A DNA stretch of 64,000 nt, taken from assembly GCA_905178155.1 (NCBI GenBank), contig CAJINV010000001.1, positions 2,470,089 through 2,534,088 on the forward strand, in the 5' to 3' direction. Position 1 is the first letter of the stretch; every line of letters starts with the position of its first letter. The position numbers and the translations under genes are program-made. The stretch is from Amoebophrya sp. A120 (lineage: Eukaryota; Protista; Dinoflagellata). Shown here one piece after another: positions 12,701-23,222 of the stretch. The notes beneath the pieces are model-generated. The model worked only from the letters and a program-made list of their open reading frames with translations. It did no database searches and was not told the origin of the DNA.

Positions 12701-15700
12701 AAACAAGAACTCTCGAAGACCACTCAGCATCAATTTACTAAAACGTACCTCTGCGTGCTAACCGGCACTCCGTTGCGGTTCCAGTCGATCGCCGTAAACA
12801 TATCTGGTTTCTCCCCGACCGCCTTCCGGAAGATCGGCGGCAGCCCCTTCGCGGACCAGTCCACCACCGGGCTGGTCCGCACGTCCCAGTCCCCGTGGCG
12901 CTTGGTCTGCTGCATGATTTTCGGCATGCCTTTCCGGGACCAGTCCACCGGGAGCAGCCACTCCTCGTCGACTTCCTGGATTTTGCCGGGGATCCCCGCA
13001 CCGCTCCAGTCGATGGCCATCTCCCGCGGCTCGAACGGGGCCGCCTTGATCTCCATCGGCAACCCCTTGGCGTTCCAGTTGATCGCCTCGTAGAAGTGGC
13101 CCCGCTGCGCCTGCACGCCCGAGTACAGGCCGGTGGGACTGCGGGTCAGGTGCGCGATCACGTTCGGCACCGCATTTTTCAAAGCCCAGTACCGCATGTT
13201 CGCGTCCGGGTTGTAGCACTTCTTCCCGTCGTGCACCATGGGCATCACCTCCCCGTCCTTGCTCCAGTCGCACCGGCACTCGAACTTGTACCCGTTGGTG
13301 TGGAACGAGGCCACTTCCATGAAGAACGGCAGGCTATCACATGCAAAAATGTCTGGGTCTGGAAGAGTGGAACTTGTAATGCTGTCTGCGGATTCTAAAA
13401 ATATCTGTGTTGCATGAGCAGCAAGAGGAGTCAGTTCTTGGCACGCGGAGAGGGCATTCCTCATGCGTAATTAGCATCAAGAAGATATCAAAAAATATGT
13501 GATGCTAGCACCAGCATCACAGACCTCACGGATCATGCAAAATGTGCAACATAGATACCAAAACGCCCCCATGCAAAATGTGCATCACAAGTCCCGACTC
13601 TTCCAGACCCAGACATTTTTGCAGTTGATACAGGCCGGCGTTGGACCAGTCGATGGAGTACGGCCGATCCTTGTGCACCGTCTTCCGCAGATCCACCCCC
13701 TTCTTGGCCCAGTTGATGTAGGAAATCTCCTCGGTCTGCTTGAACACGTACTTCTTCCCCTGCACGAGCTTGATTTCCTGCGAAAAGAACCGCCCGGGTT
13801 CCTGGTTCTGGATCTTCTGCTGTTTTGTCAAAGGCTTGGCGCACTTGGTGATGCGCGCGGGAGAGATCTCGCCGTCCTGCCACACGTAGGTGTCGACCGT
13901 CTGGTACTGGGTTTTCTGGCCCCAAATGCGGTTCTTCCGGAGGTTAAACTTCATCGCGCCGGAATCGACCGTGCGGTCGACGGAGTAAGTAATCGTCATG
14001 TCGGACAAGGAGCCGGCCTGAAGGGGGGGGGATGGAGTTTGAACATTTGAACTTGAAGTGATACCGATGTAATGTAGATCTGGATCCGAGACGACCACAT
14101 AAAAAACGCCGAGTCTATCTCGTTTTCCCTTTCTTGCACGCAAAATCCTAAAACCTAGATAGCTTTGACTTTTCGACATTCAGGTTAACCAACGTCACGA
14201 AATCGCACTCCATAAAAACATATATACCTGTCCCCAATCGATGGTCAAGTTGTCGAACACGCTGGTGTCCACCGGTAGGCCCTTACCGGAAAAGTCTGCG
14301 GAAACCGGCTCTTCGTACATGTCTTTGTAATTACCAACCAGCACCGGACTTTCGAAGCCCGGCAGCTCGACCCACGGCAGCTGCGGCTGACTCCAGTCCA
14401 CGGTGAGCAGCTTCGGCCAGCCGCGGGCGCGCTTGGCCTGTTTCCGCTCCATGAACTTGGCGTAGCTGTAGGATTTCCGCCCGATCGCCCACTGGTCGCG
14501 ATCCGTCGGCAGCTTCCCGACCCAGCCGAAGGGCACGCCGTCCTGGCACCAATCGATCATCAGCGTGTTCTGCTCCTTCTTCCGGGCGGCCTGGGTGACT
14601 TGCTCAAACAAGCAGCGGGGGGACCCACTCGCGCTCCAGTCGATTGCGAGCTCGTCGTACACATGTTTTCGGCCCCGCAAGCACATCCAGGTCTCGTGGT
14701 GCCGGAAGCAGGGGGGCATCTTCTTCTTGCCGCAGTTCGCCCAGTCAATCATCAGTTCCGGTTCCTGCTTGGTACTACTCGACTTTTTTGCCATCGCCGC
14801 GGACCCCGGCCGGGTCAGCGCCTTCGGCACGCCGGCGTCACTCCAATCCAACTGCGCTGACCAAAACATGTCCGCCTTCTGATCCGGCGACAGCATCGGG
14901 CTCTTGTGCGTGATCTCCATCTTCTTGACGTTCTCCGGGGTCGCTCCTTTGTTGAACGCAAGCAATTCTTTCACAATCGTCGGATTCATCTCGGCGGAGG
15001 CGGCAATCTGCTCCGCGTGCGAAGCCTTGAACGCGTCCTCTGCCTTGTGCCGACGGACCCTGAAGGTTTATTTTCGAGGCACGATAAATTCTTCATTTCG
15101 TAAATCTTGTATCGATTTTGGTTTTGCATAGCGAGGGTGGTGGATTGACTTTGACATCACGTCGGGATCGGAAATAGTACCAACGACATCATTGCAAATG
15201 CAAATCCGAACAAAAACCACGCACAGGAAATAAAGTACTCGTGCAACTGGTGGTAGGCACTGTTGACTTCCTTCAGCAGGTCGTCCACTTTCGGCACCGG
15301 TTTTGTATCAGTGAAATGCTTCGAGTACACGTCAATCTTGGTGTCGTGCCCGACCGAAATTTCCCACGGAATCCGGCCCTTCGGGGTGCGCTGGATCACG
15401 TCCATCTTCTCCCCGCCGTAGTTTTCCATCGGGTCGTCCTGTGCGTCCAGGGCCTTCGGACGCATATCTGTTTTGAGAAGACGGTATTATGGATGATCTC
15501 GAACCTAAAGCTGGAAATAGAGTCAGAACTTTTGATGCTCGTAATCTTCTTGAGGTGCCTACTCGTTGCCTCGTTTCTTTTTGTCATTCTCATTTAATTT
15601 CAGCAGCATAAAATCCTAAAAATCAATCCCAAACCTATACCTTTCGACACAGTTCTGCTTGCCGCCGGCGAGGTGTTCGTCTCGAAAAACCCATTTTTGA

Positions 15701-18700
15701 ACAAAGTAATCGTGTTGCTTCCCTTCGGCGACGGGACGAATTTCGTGCCAAACTTCAGGCTCCACTGGGCGTGCTTGATTTCCGGCGGAATTCCCGATTT
15801 TGTCCAATCCAGGCCGGTTTCCGAGTTCAGTTGCCTCTTCCCGAAGGGCGCGCCCTTCCCGCTCCAGTCGACAGCACTGTAGATCATTTTTTCGTCGTGC
15901 TCGGAATTATGCGTTAACTTCTGGAATTCCCCGGGAAGCCGCTTGCTGACCGACCAGTCGATCAAGGGAACGCCCATGGTCTCCGCGAACGGGTCGCGCT
16001 TGGCGTCTTTCGTGAACTGGCCAGGCAGTCCAGTTTCCGTCCAATCGAACGCAAGTTCGCGGTCGTAGAGGGAGCTTTTCAAAAAGCTCGGGATTCCTGC
16101 ACTGGACCAGTCGCACGCTCCGCAGTACTCGTCGTTCTGCTTCTCTTCCCGCGAGCGGTACTGTTCCGGCACGGACGCGACGACAAACAATTTTCCCTCG
16201 TACTGCAACGTGTCACCGAGAACGGCGTTGGTCATGTTCGCCGTTTGCCCAAACGTCTGCTTCAGCAAGTAGCCCCGCTTGTGCACGAATCTCGACTTCT
16301 TCGTCTGCAGCATTTTGTTCATCTTCCGCTTCTTTGCCGCGGGGGCCTTTGAAGTTGTTTTATTTCCCTTATTTTCCTTCTTCGTGGGCACGTTCAGCAC
16401 GGCGTTGTGCCACAGCTTCTCTTCGTTGTGCATCTCGACCGGCGCCAGCGGTCCGTGGACCGCACCGCGGATGCAGTTCCGCACCAGTTCGGCCCTCCGG
16501 TTCGGCTTGGCCATCAGGTCCTCCACGCAACCGGGGAGTCCCGGGGCGCTCCAGTCCAGAATGATCGACTTGTTGCGGTACCGGGCCTGGCCAAAGTCGA
16601 AAGGGACGCTTTTCCACACCGCTTTCCGGAGGAGCTTCGGGAGGCCGGGAGCCGACCAATCCAGGGTTTTTTCCTCGTATTTTCCCTTCACCGGGAAGGT
16701 CTTGGACTTGAAGGTCAGCTGCATCGTAGAGGGTAAAGTCGTATGGATTGTAAAAATGTCTGGGTCTGGAAGGATGCAAACTTGTGACGCATACTTGGAT
16801 CACACAAAAACCTGTCATGCTTAGACAGCAAAGGGAGCTCCTTTTCCTGTCGCGAAAAGAAGGCGTTTGCCATGCGGATTAAGCATTGGGAAACCGTCTC
16901 AAAACCTGTGATGCTAGGCCTTGTATGGCACACTTTCCGTGTCAAGCAGACACAGCATCACAAACCTCAGCAATCTTCCAGACCCAGACACTTTTGCACG
17001 TGATAGGTCGGGTGGTGCGGTTTTGGGATGCCGGAAGCCGACCAGTCGAGCAGGACGCCGTGGTCCCAGTAGGTGAGCTTGATCGGCAATCCGGTTTTGC
17101 TCCAGTCCAAACACACGAGGTCCTTCGTCGCGACGCCTTTCGGCTTGTTCCTTCTCTGGCCCACCTTGAAGACGCTCGGCATGCCGTTCGCGCTCCAGTC
17201 GATCGCGACGGGGCGGTCCTTATGCATTGCAAATATGTCTGGTTCTGGAAGAGTACAACGTCTGTCATGCATATTTTGCGTGGCCCTAGGTGTCTGTGAT
17301 GCATGCCCTCGCGTCACAGACCTTGTGACGGCTTTCCGATGCAGATGCTGCATGAGAAATCAAATTCCCCCTCCGCGTAGCAAAAGTGAAACCAAACTGT
17401 TACGCTGGTCATGCAATACAGAGTTTATGTGGAATCCAAAGGCAGCATCACAAGTTTGCACTCTTCCAGACCGACCAGACATATTTGCACTTCATAGTCC
17501 TTCTGCGGCTTGAAGCTGACCGCCGCCTTCTGGATCAGGGAGGGGATCCCGCGCTGCGACCAGTTATGCACTGCAAATATGTCTGGGTCTGCCCGATTGC
17601 TAGACTTGTGATGCATGTCTGCCATGCCTCGATACTTTGTCATGCATGTCTGCACGAATAAGGGGCCCTGCTCTTGCCTGTCATGCAAGAAAAACGCAGT
17701 TTGCCATGCGTATTCCCGAAAAATACGCAACACATTATAGCAGCCCAGAAATTTGTCGTGCTTGGCTGCGTATTGAAGTGCGCCTATCATTGACTTTTAG
17801 CATCACATCTTTCCAGAGGATCCAGACATTTTAGCAGTTGATATCAGTCCAGCTGCTCGAGTTTTGACCACAGCTGCTCTTCGTCGATCTGGACATTATA
17901 GTTCTGCATCTGCTCGACTTGCCGGTTGCCGTTCTGAAGCGAAACGTTGCTGGACACGTTCAGAAACAGCAAATTGTTCGAGCCGCCATTTTTACTGCTG
18001 GGGGTCGACGGAGCTCCCGCCGCCTCGCGCGTCATCTGGCGAGAGACGTGGAGCGAGCGGTAGGGGGTGTCCGGCATGGAGGGCGCGGCGGTCGAGGGGG
18101 TGGTAGGTGTATGGAAGCGTCAGGTTTGAAATCGACAAAGTTGAAAGAATTTCATCTCATGCATAAATTGCAAGGCACGAAGTGCCTCTCTTGCAGGGAT
18201 GGCAAGCGGGACCGACTGTCAGCCTGTTTGGGGTCTGCGATAGAGCTGCTGAAGTAGCATGACAAAAGATGACGCCTTCTGTCTCTAAACAGCATGACAG
18301 ACTTGATTTAGACGGTGCCGAAATTTGTCATGCACCGCTTGAAAATTGGGCTTCCCACTGGTGTCGATTTTATGCATTACAAGTTATTTCAACTTTGACG
18401 ATTTCAATCCTGACGCTTCCATAAGGAGAATACATCCCGTACTTTCCCATCGGCGTCCCGATCTTGTGCTTCTTCGAGGAGGATTTCATATTCGTACCGT
18501 TGCTGTTATTCTTACCCTTCCTCGACCGCTGAATGACGCTGTTGCTCGAGCTGGACGAGGTCAGAGACAGCAGGTTTTGGTTGTGGAGATCGCCCGCCAT
18601 GGGGGATTATCAAATGCAAATATGTCTGGGTCTGGAAGAAGTCAGATGTTTGTGGTCATGCAGCTTCTGCATCTGCGCGGAGGTCTGGAATGCACACAGA

Positions 18701-18973
18701 GCATGAGAAATTCTTGGGAGGCTTATTCATGCCTAGCCCGCATGAGAAAAGCCCCCTCGCACAGAAAAAAAGCGGCTAACTTTTGCTGACCATGCAACAC
18801 AGATTTTTGCCTGTTCCAGAATTCGCATGACAAGTTTGGATTCTTCCAGAACCAGACATGTTTGTTTTGGATAGGGATCGACCGTACTGGTCCGGGTACT
18901 CGTAGAGCGGGGGCACGTAGTTCTTCTTCGTCGCGTAGACGCCCAGGCCCTGGTGCTCCAACGGCATCGCCAT
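9791..18973 (-). CDS. ~2,142-aa, 12-exon hypothetical repeat protein (~28 DWSxxGxP motifs plus VDDLL and IRKxGRxPY repeats)
   Basis: Seven TIR introns plus four GT-AG introns (12550-12748, 14018-14227, 15060-15238, 15468-15640) join the ORF fragments in frame. The spliced CDS is 6429 nt from the ATG at 18973 (gcgaaaATGgcg). Confidence 0.75.
12044..12306. mobile_element. Introner-like TIR element, family A
   Basis: TATCAAATGTAAAAATGTCTGGGTCTGG...CCAGACCCAGACATTTTTGCACTTGATA, flanked by DR TTGTT. Removal gives YLANN|IHVNTK. Confidence 0.92.
13335..13630. mobile_element. Introner-like TIR element, family A (interior inverted relative to the 12044 copy)
   Basis: TATCACATGCAAAAATGTCTGGG...CCCAGACATTTTTGCAGTTGATA, DR CAGGC. 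Removal gives DWSNAGL|PFFMEV. Confidence 0.92.
16742..17005. mobile_element. Introner-like TIR element, family A (interior inverted relative to the 12044 copy)
   Basis: TATGGATTGTAAAAATGTCTGGG...CCCAGACACTTTTGCACGTGATA, DR AGTCG/GGTCG. Removal gives HHPT|LPSTMQL. Confidence 0.88.
17221..17496. mobile_element. Introner-like TIR element, family A
   Basis: TATGCATTGCAAATATGTCTGG...CCAGACATATTTGCACTTCATA, DR GTCCT. Removal gives KPQKD|RPVAIDWS. Confidence 0.9.
17565..17843. mobile_element. Introner-like TIR element, family A
   Basis: TATGCACTGCAAATATGTCTGG...CCAGACATTTTAGCAGTTGATA, DR CCAGT/TCAGT. Removal gives EQLD|WSQRGIP. Confidence 0.88.
18110..18423. mobile_element. Introner-like TIR element, family B
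   Basis: 37-bp TIR TATGGAAGCGTCAGG(T/A)TTGAAATCG(A/T)CAAAGTTGAAA, DR AGGTG/AGGAG. Removal gives GMYSP|TTPSTAAPSMPDT. Confidence 0.88.
18608..18873. mobile_element. Introner-like TIR element, family A
   Basis: TATCAAATGCAAATATGTCTGGG...CCAGACATGTTTGTTTTGGATA, DR GGGAT. Removal gives QYGRS|PMAGDL. Confidence 0.9.
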
Positions 18974-20682
18974 TTTCGCCGGGGGGTAGGGGTGGTGTAG
19001 TTGGGAACTCAGGTCGTGGGGAAGTTTTTTGTTTTTGGTTGAAGGGCCTAGCCTCGTGGGGGCCCCTTTTCAAGGTCTTGATCCCCCGCTCGCTTTCGTC
19101 TCTTGCCTTCGTCCGGTCGATTTCAGCAGGAGGGTGACGGTAGCGAAGCGTCCTGTTCTTATAGGATTTTTACCTTTCAAGGTTGGGCTGATGTGTAATT
19201 TTCTTTAAAAATTTCAATTCGATTTCTTCGACAAGTGACTCACTTTTCGTATTGACGATTTTGTACCTTTTGATTTTGGAGGTTGCGAGTGACTCACTTA
19301 CACTGTAGTAAATTCAGAAAGGCTTTTAAAAATTCGGTTTGTAAGACAGCAGTTGCGGTTTGTTTCTAAAAACTCAAAATGTGTATATTGAAAAAACGAA
19401 TGACAAAAGGCAAAAAGTCCGTGACTAAGTATGTATTATTTATTCCAAAACTTTCATACACAAAAACGAGAAGTCTCGTGCTATGTAAGTATTCCCTATG
19501 CGGTGACGAAAATGAAGGTTTTAAAAAAATCGTATTTTCCCGAGTGTTTGCTTGGTTTGAATGTTGAGTTTTGAAAAAGTAGTTGCTGTATGCTGTTCAG
19601 ACTCGTTTTTTTTTGTTCCTAAAGGTTGCTTGTGTTTCGTTTTCGTTTCTATGCGGAGAGAAATGTGAAGAGATTAAATGAATGTTTAAAAAAGTTTTTG
19701 GTCGGGTCTAGGTAGTTGTTCGTCGTGTTGGTTCTATGCTTTTGGAAAAGTCTTTTAAACTGTCCACGTAACTAGTTTTTCTGTATCCACACGAGCGGTT
19801 ACTTCTCGTACGGTGTGAAGTTACAGAATAGATTCTGGTAGAAGAGAATTTATTAAAAGGTAAGTTTCAAATTTTTTCTCCGATAACTCTTAGTGGTCTG
19901 GTACGTGACCGACAACTAATTCTAAACACCACTTAACTCTTTGCTGGACCGCTCTAACTTAGCAGCTAATGGGGTTGCTAAACTATCGGGGTTTCGCCAA
20001 ACTCCTATAATTTCTCCCGCCTGTGTGTGATGTTGAAGACAACTTCAAGTACAAGGAGGAATAACGAGTGGTATTCCGAAAAAAACTCGTTTTCTATGGA
20101 TTTGCCTCGAAGCCGATTTTTCTTTTTCAAATTGCGCTCCTCACAGCACAGAAAAAACAGAGAAAAACCGAACTTGTCATCCTCATCGGTTCCGAAGTTA
20201 TATTTTTAACGGAAAAACTACGACGCTCCGTGTCCGTTTACCGTAACCACATTGCATAGAAAAAAAAACCGATGTTCTTTTGCGCACTCGACTCAGAAAA
20301 AATATGATGCATCCATTGTGACCGATTTTACGTAGTTTTTTGTTTTTTTCACTCGCACAAAAAACCTCGAAAAAAGCTCATCTGGAGGTGACACACCGAG
20401 ACCGAAAGTAGATTGGTTATTTCTTCTCGAACACATGTGGATGCGACTACACACACAACAGCAAAAAAACCCTACAAGCTCGATAGCAAGAAGTCTCTTT
20501 TTCTCTCACTTTTGCTTCGCAAGCGAACGTGAATCAACAAAGATTTTGCGTTTGAAATTCGCGATATAATTTTTGTCTGAAAACAAGCAACGTGTAAACC
20601 ACTTTTGCGTCGTTCTATACATGGCACTTGAAGTGAAAGTGAATTCATCTACTCAGCGCGACACCACCTCACAGACAGCAAA

Positions 20683-22608
20683 CTACGACTTCAAATCCAA
20701 ATCGAGTAAGTCTTCGTCTCCCTTTTTTAACACGGGATCCGACACCCCCGCAGTCGCTGCCAGGGGCGGTGGCGGTGGGAGGTCGGTTTTCGGCGCGCTA
20801 GCCTCTTCCTTCGTGCCGCTCACTATGCCGCTTGCGTCCACGCCGGCTTCTTCTGCTGTAGTCGCACTTGATGGCGCCGCGTCTCCTACAGGATCAGCCT
20901 CCGCTCCCTCTCCACCCTCAGCACTACTCCCGGACGCCGCGGCCCAACCCGCGGGCGCGTTGGTCTTCCACCAGCTCTTAGTTTGGTCTACAGTGCCGGA
21001 AAACCAGTCGGTTGTCTTGCTCCACGCAGCTTTGCTGTTGGTCACAACGTCGCCCTTAATCTTCTCCGCCTTTTCGCCCAATTTGTGCGTTTGGTGTAGG
21101 GTGAGGACGCTACCTGGAAATACAATGTTGAGGATTTCGAGCGCTGGTGAACAAAACGAGTCAAGTTCCAGCCTGTCCCTACCTTGAAGCCTTACTTTTC
21201 AAGAAAACGATGCAAAAAGCATCCATCCGCACGGGTAAGTTTTTTTGCGATTATTTTTCGCAGTTTTTGCCGAGGCCACCCCAAAACGCCTCACAAATGC
21301 CATAAGTTGTTGCAGAATCTTTTCAGATTTTTCCTCGCGCTGTGTTTAGCAGCGCAATTCTGCCTACCCGCCACGGCGTTTACCCTAAGAGTTTCAGCGG
21401 GGTCGACCGTGGGGAGGGGCGTTAATCGATATTCCCATTCCAATTAATCGATATCCATTCCGACTGCAATTACTAAGTAGCAGAGGAACTGCAGATAGAC
21501 AATGTGAGTAAGTAGCTATGCATGATTCCCATTTCAAATAATAAACTGACACAGGTACGAACGTCCTCACTCCAAAGGTGCACAAGTGCGACACCTTCAA
21601 CATGGCAAAAGCCAAACACTTGAACGAAACAAGTACAACGCCGGGCAAAGCCCTCGACCCGGCCCCTCCGGGGGCCCGCTATTTCTCTGCTTTTGCGTCC
21701 TTTGGGGCGTTCCGCGGAAGGCGCCAACCCTGGAAATATTACCCGCGCGAGCCGGTCTGATGTCTCCTGTGCCCTCCACACAACGCTGGCGCACGGCTTA
21801 CTGTTGGCTTCAGACCGCAAGAAAGCAGATAACAGACAGTAGTACCTTTCACCGCAATCCCTAAAGCTTCCGCTTTTGCCACTACCGTGGTGTCTGCATT
21901 GTTTTCCGGCGCGGTTTGTTTTTTCATCTCCTCCAGCTGGGCCTTCAGGAACCGTTGCCTTCGAAAATACTCCGCGGCGCCCTGCAACAGCTCTTCCGAT
22001 TCAGGTAAGGAGGAGTCTACCAGGTTGACGTACTGCAGCGCTCGATGGTACTGCCGGATCGCGTCCTCGAACTGCTTTCTGTGGGGAGAATAAATAGTGA
22101 TGGCTCTTGCTAGATTTTGATCTTTAGCAGGCATGCATCAGCATCACTAGCACTACCCTTGACTTCCTTGCCATGGCAAGAAAATAGCGCAAGCAACAAG
22201 TGAGAACAACAGATCCTGATGTAGTTTGCACAATACATGATCCGATTGTCGAAGTCGATCGCGGCCGCCACAGCGCTTTTTGCGATTTTGCACTGTTCCT
22301 TGTGGTATCAAATGTAAAAGTGTCTGGGTCTGGGAACTTGTAATGCTAAAAGTGAATGGTAGACGCCCTGCAATACGCAGTTATGCATGACAAATTTTTT
22401 GGCTCCCATGTCTTAAGTATTCCGCACGGCAAACTGCGTTTTTGCATGACAGGTAAGAGGGCCTTTTCGTGCCTATGCAACACAGATTCCCGAGTCATGC
22501 CAGACAAGCATGGCAAACTTGCATCCTTCCAGACCCAGACACTTTTACAAATAATATCGGGTCCAGAACCCGAAATTGGTCCTCGTTCAAATCCACAAGG
22601 TGCGCCAT
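20683..22608 (-). CDS. MIT-domain-like protein, multi-exon (one TIR intron; middle exon structure uncertain)
   Basis: MAHLVDLNEDQFRVLD|HKEQCKIAKSAVAAAIDFDNR...KQFEDAIRQYHRALQYV...AAEYFRRQRFLK matches the MIT three-helix pattern. A phase-1 GT-AG intron 21114-21845 joins it to ORF 20683-21081. Confidence 0.55.
22306..22556. mobile_element. Introner-like TIR element, family A (degenerate end and DR)
   Basis: TATCAAATGTAAAAGTGTCTGGG...CCCAGACACTTTTACAAATAATA, DR TGTGG/TCGGG (3/5 match). Removal restores the MIT frame. Confidence 0.82.
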
Positions 22609-23222
22609 CTTGTGTAATTGGTACACAAACGTCTGCTGCATAAAACCCGGGGGCTCTCTTGCACTTCTTTCGTCTCTCTGGAAGGAGAAGGACCAAGTAG
22701 GATCAGCACAAGAAAAGCGGATACTGGATGAGGATCTTCTGATGCAGGAGCTAGAGCCTGAGCCACTTGTTCTCTCAAAAAGGAATAGACATCAGAGGAA
22801 CAGATATCGGTGCCTACCAACGTACTGGCCCTGTTGTTTTCTCACTCACTGAAGGTGGCGCGCAACAGTCACACTCACAGGTTCGCATGCATACGCGTCG
22901 TTCAATACAGGCAGTACAGGGGCAGTCTCATGAACAGTGAGATCTTCGCGTTCCTTGCTATAGATACAGGTTTTTTTTTCTTGGAACTGCAACAGCGTAT
23001 TTCAATCTTCTAAAAATGGATACAGAATCTGAGTGATTTGAGATACACTACAGTACGTATGTGCAAAAACGGATTCTCATAGTTTGGTTTTCATTGAAAC
23101 GATGAAAAGTGAAACTTACTACTAGTGACGACAACTATAGTAAAGCCATTCATTGTACAATAGAAATAAAATTTTCAGAATATTAATCTCCCTCCTCACA
23201 GCAGGCCCTCGCCTGAAATTCC

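Noticed and set aside
16742-18873. CRISPR-like array from regularly recurring ~30-bp repeats
   Set aside because: The repeats alternate in orientation as TIR pairs ~250 bp apart, the context is eukaryotic, and no cas genes are present.
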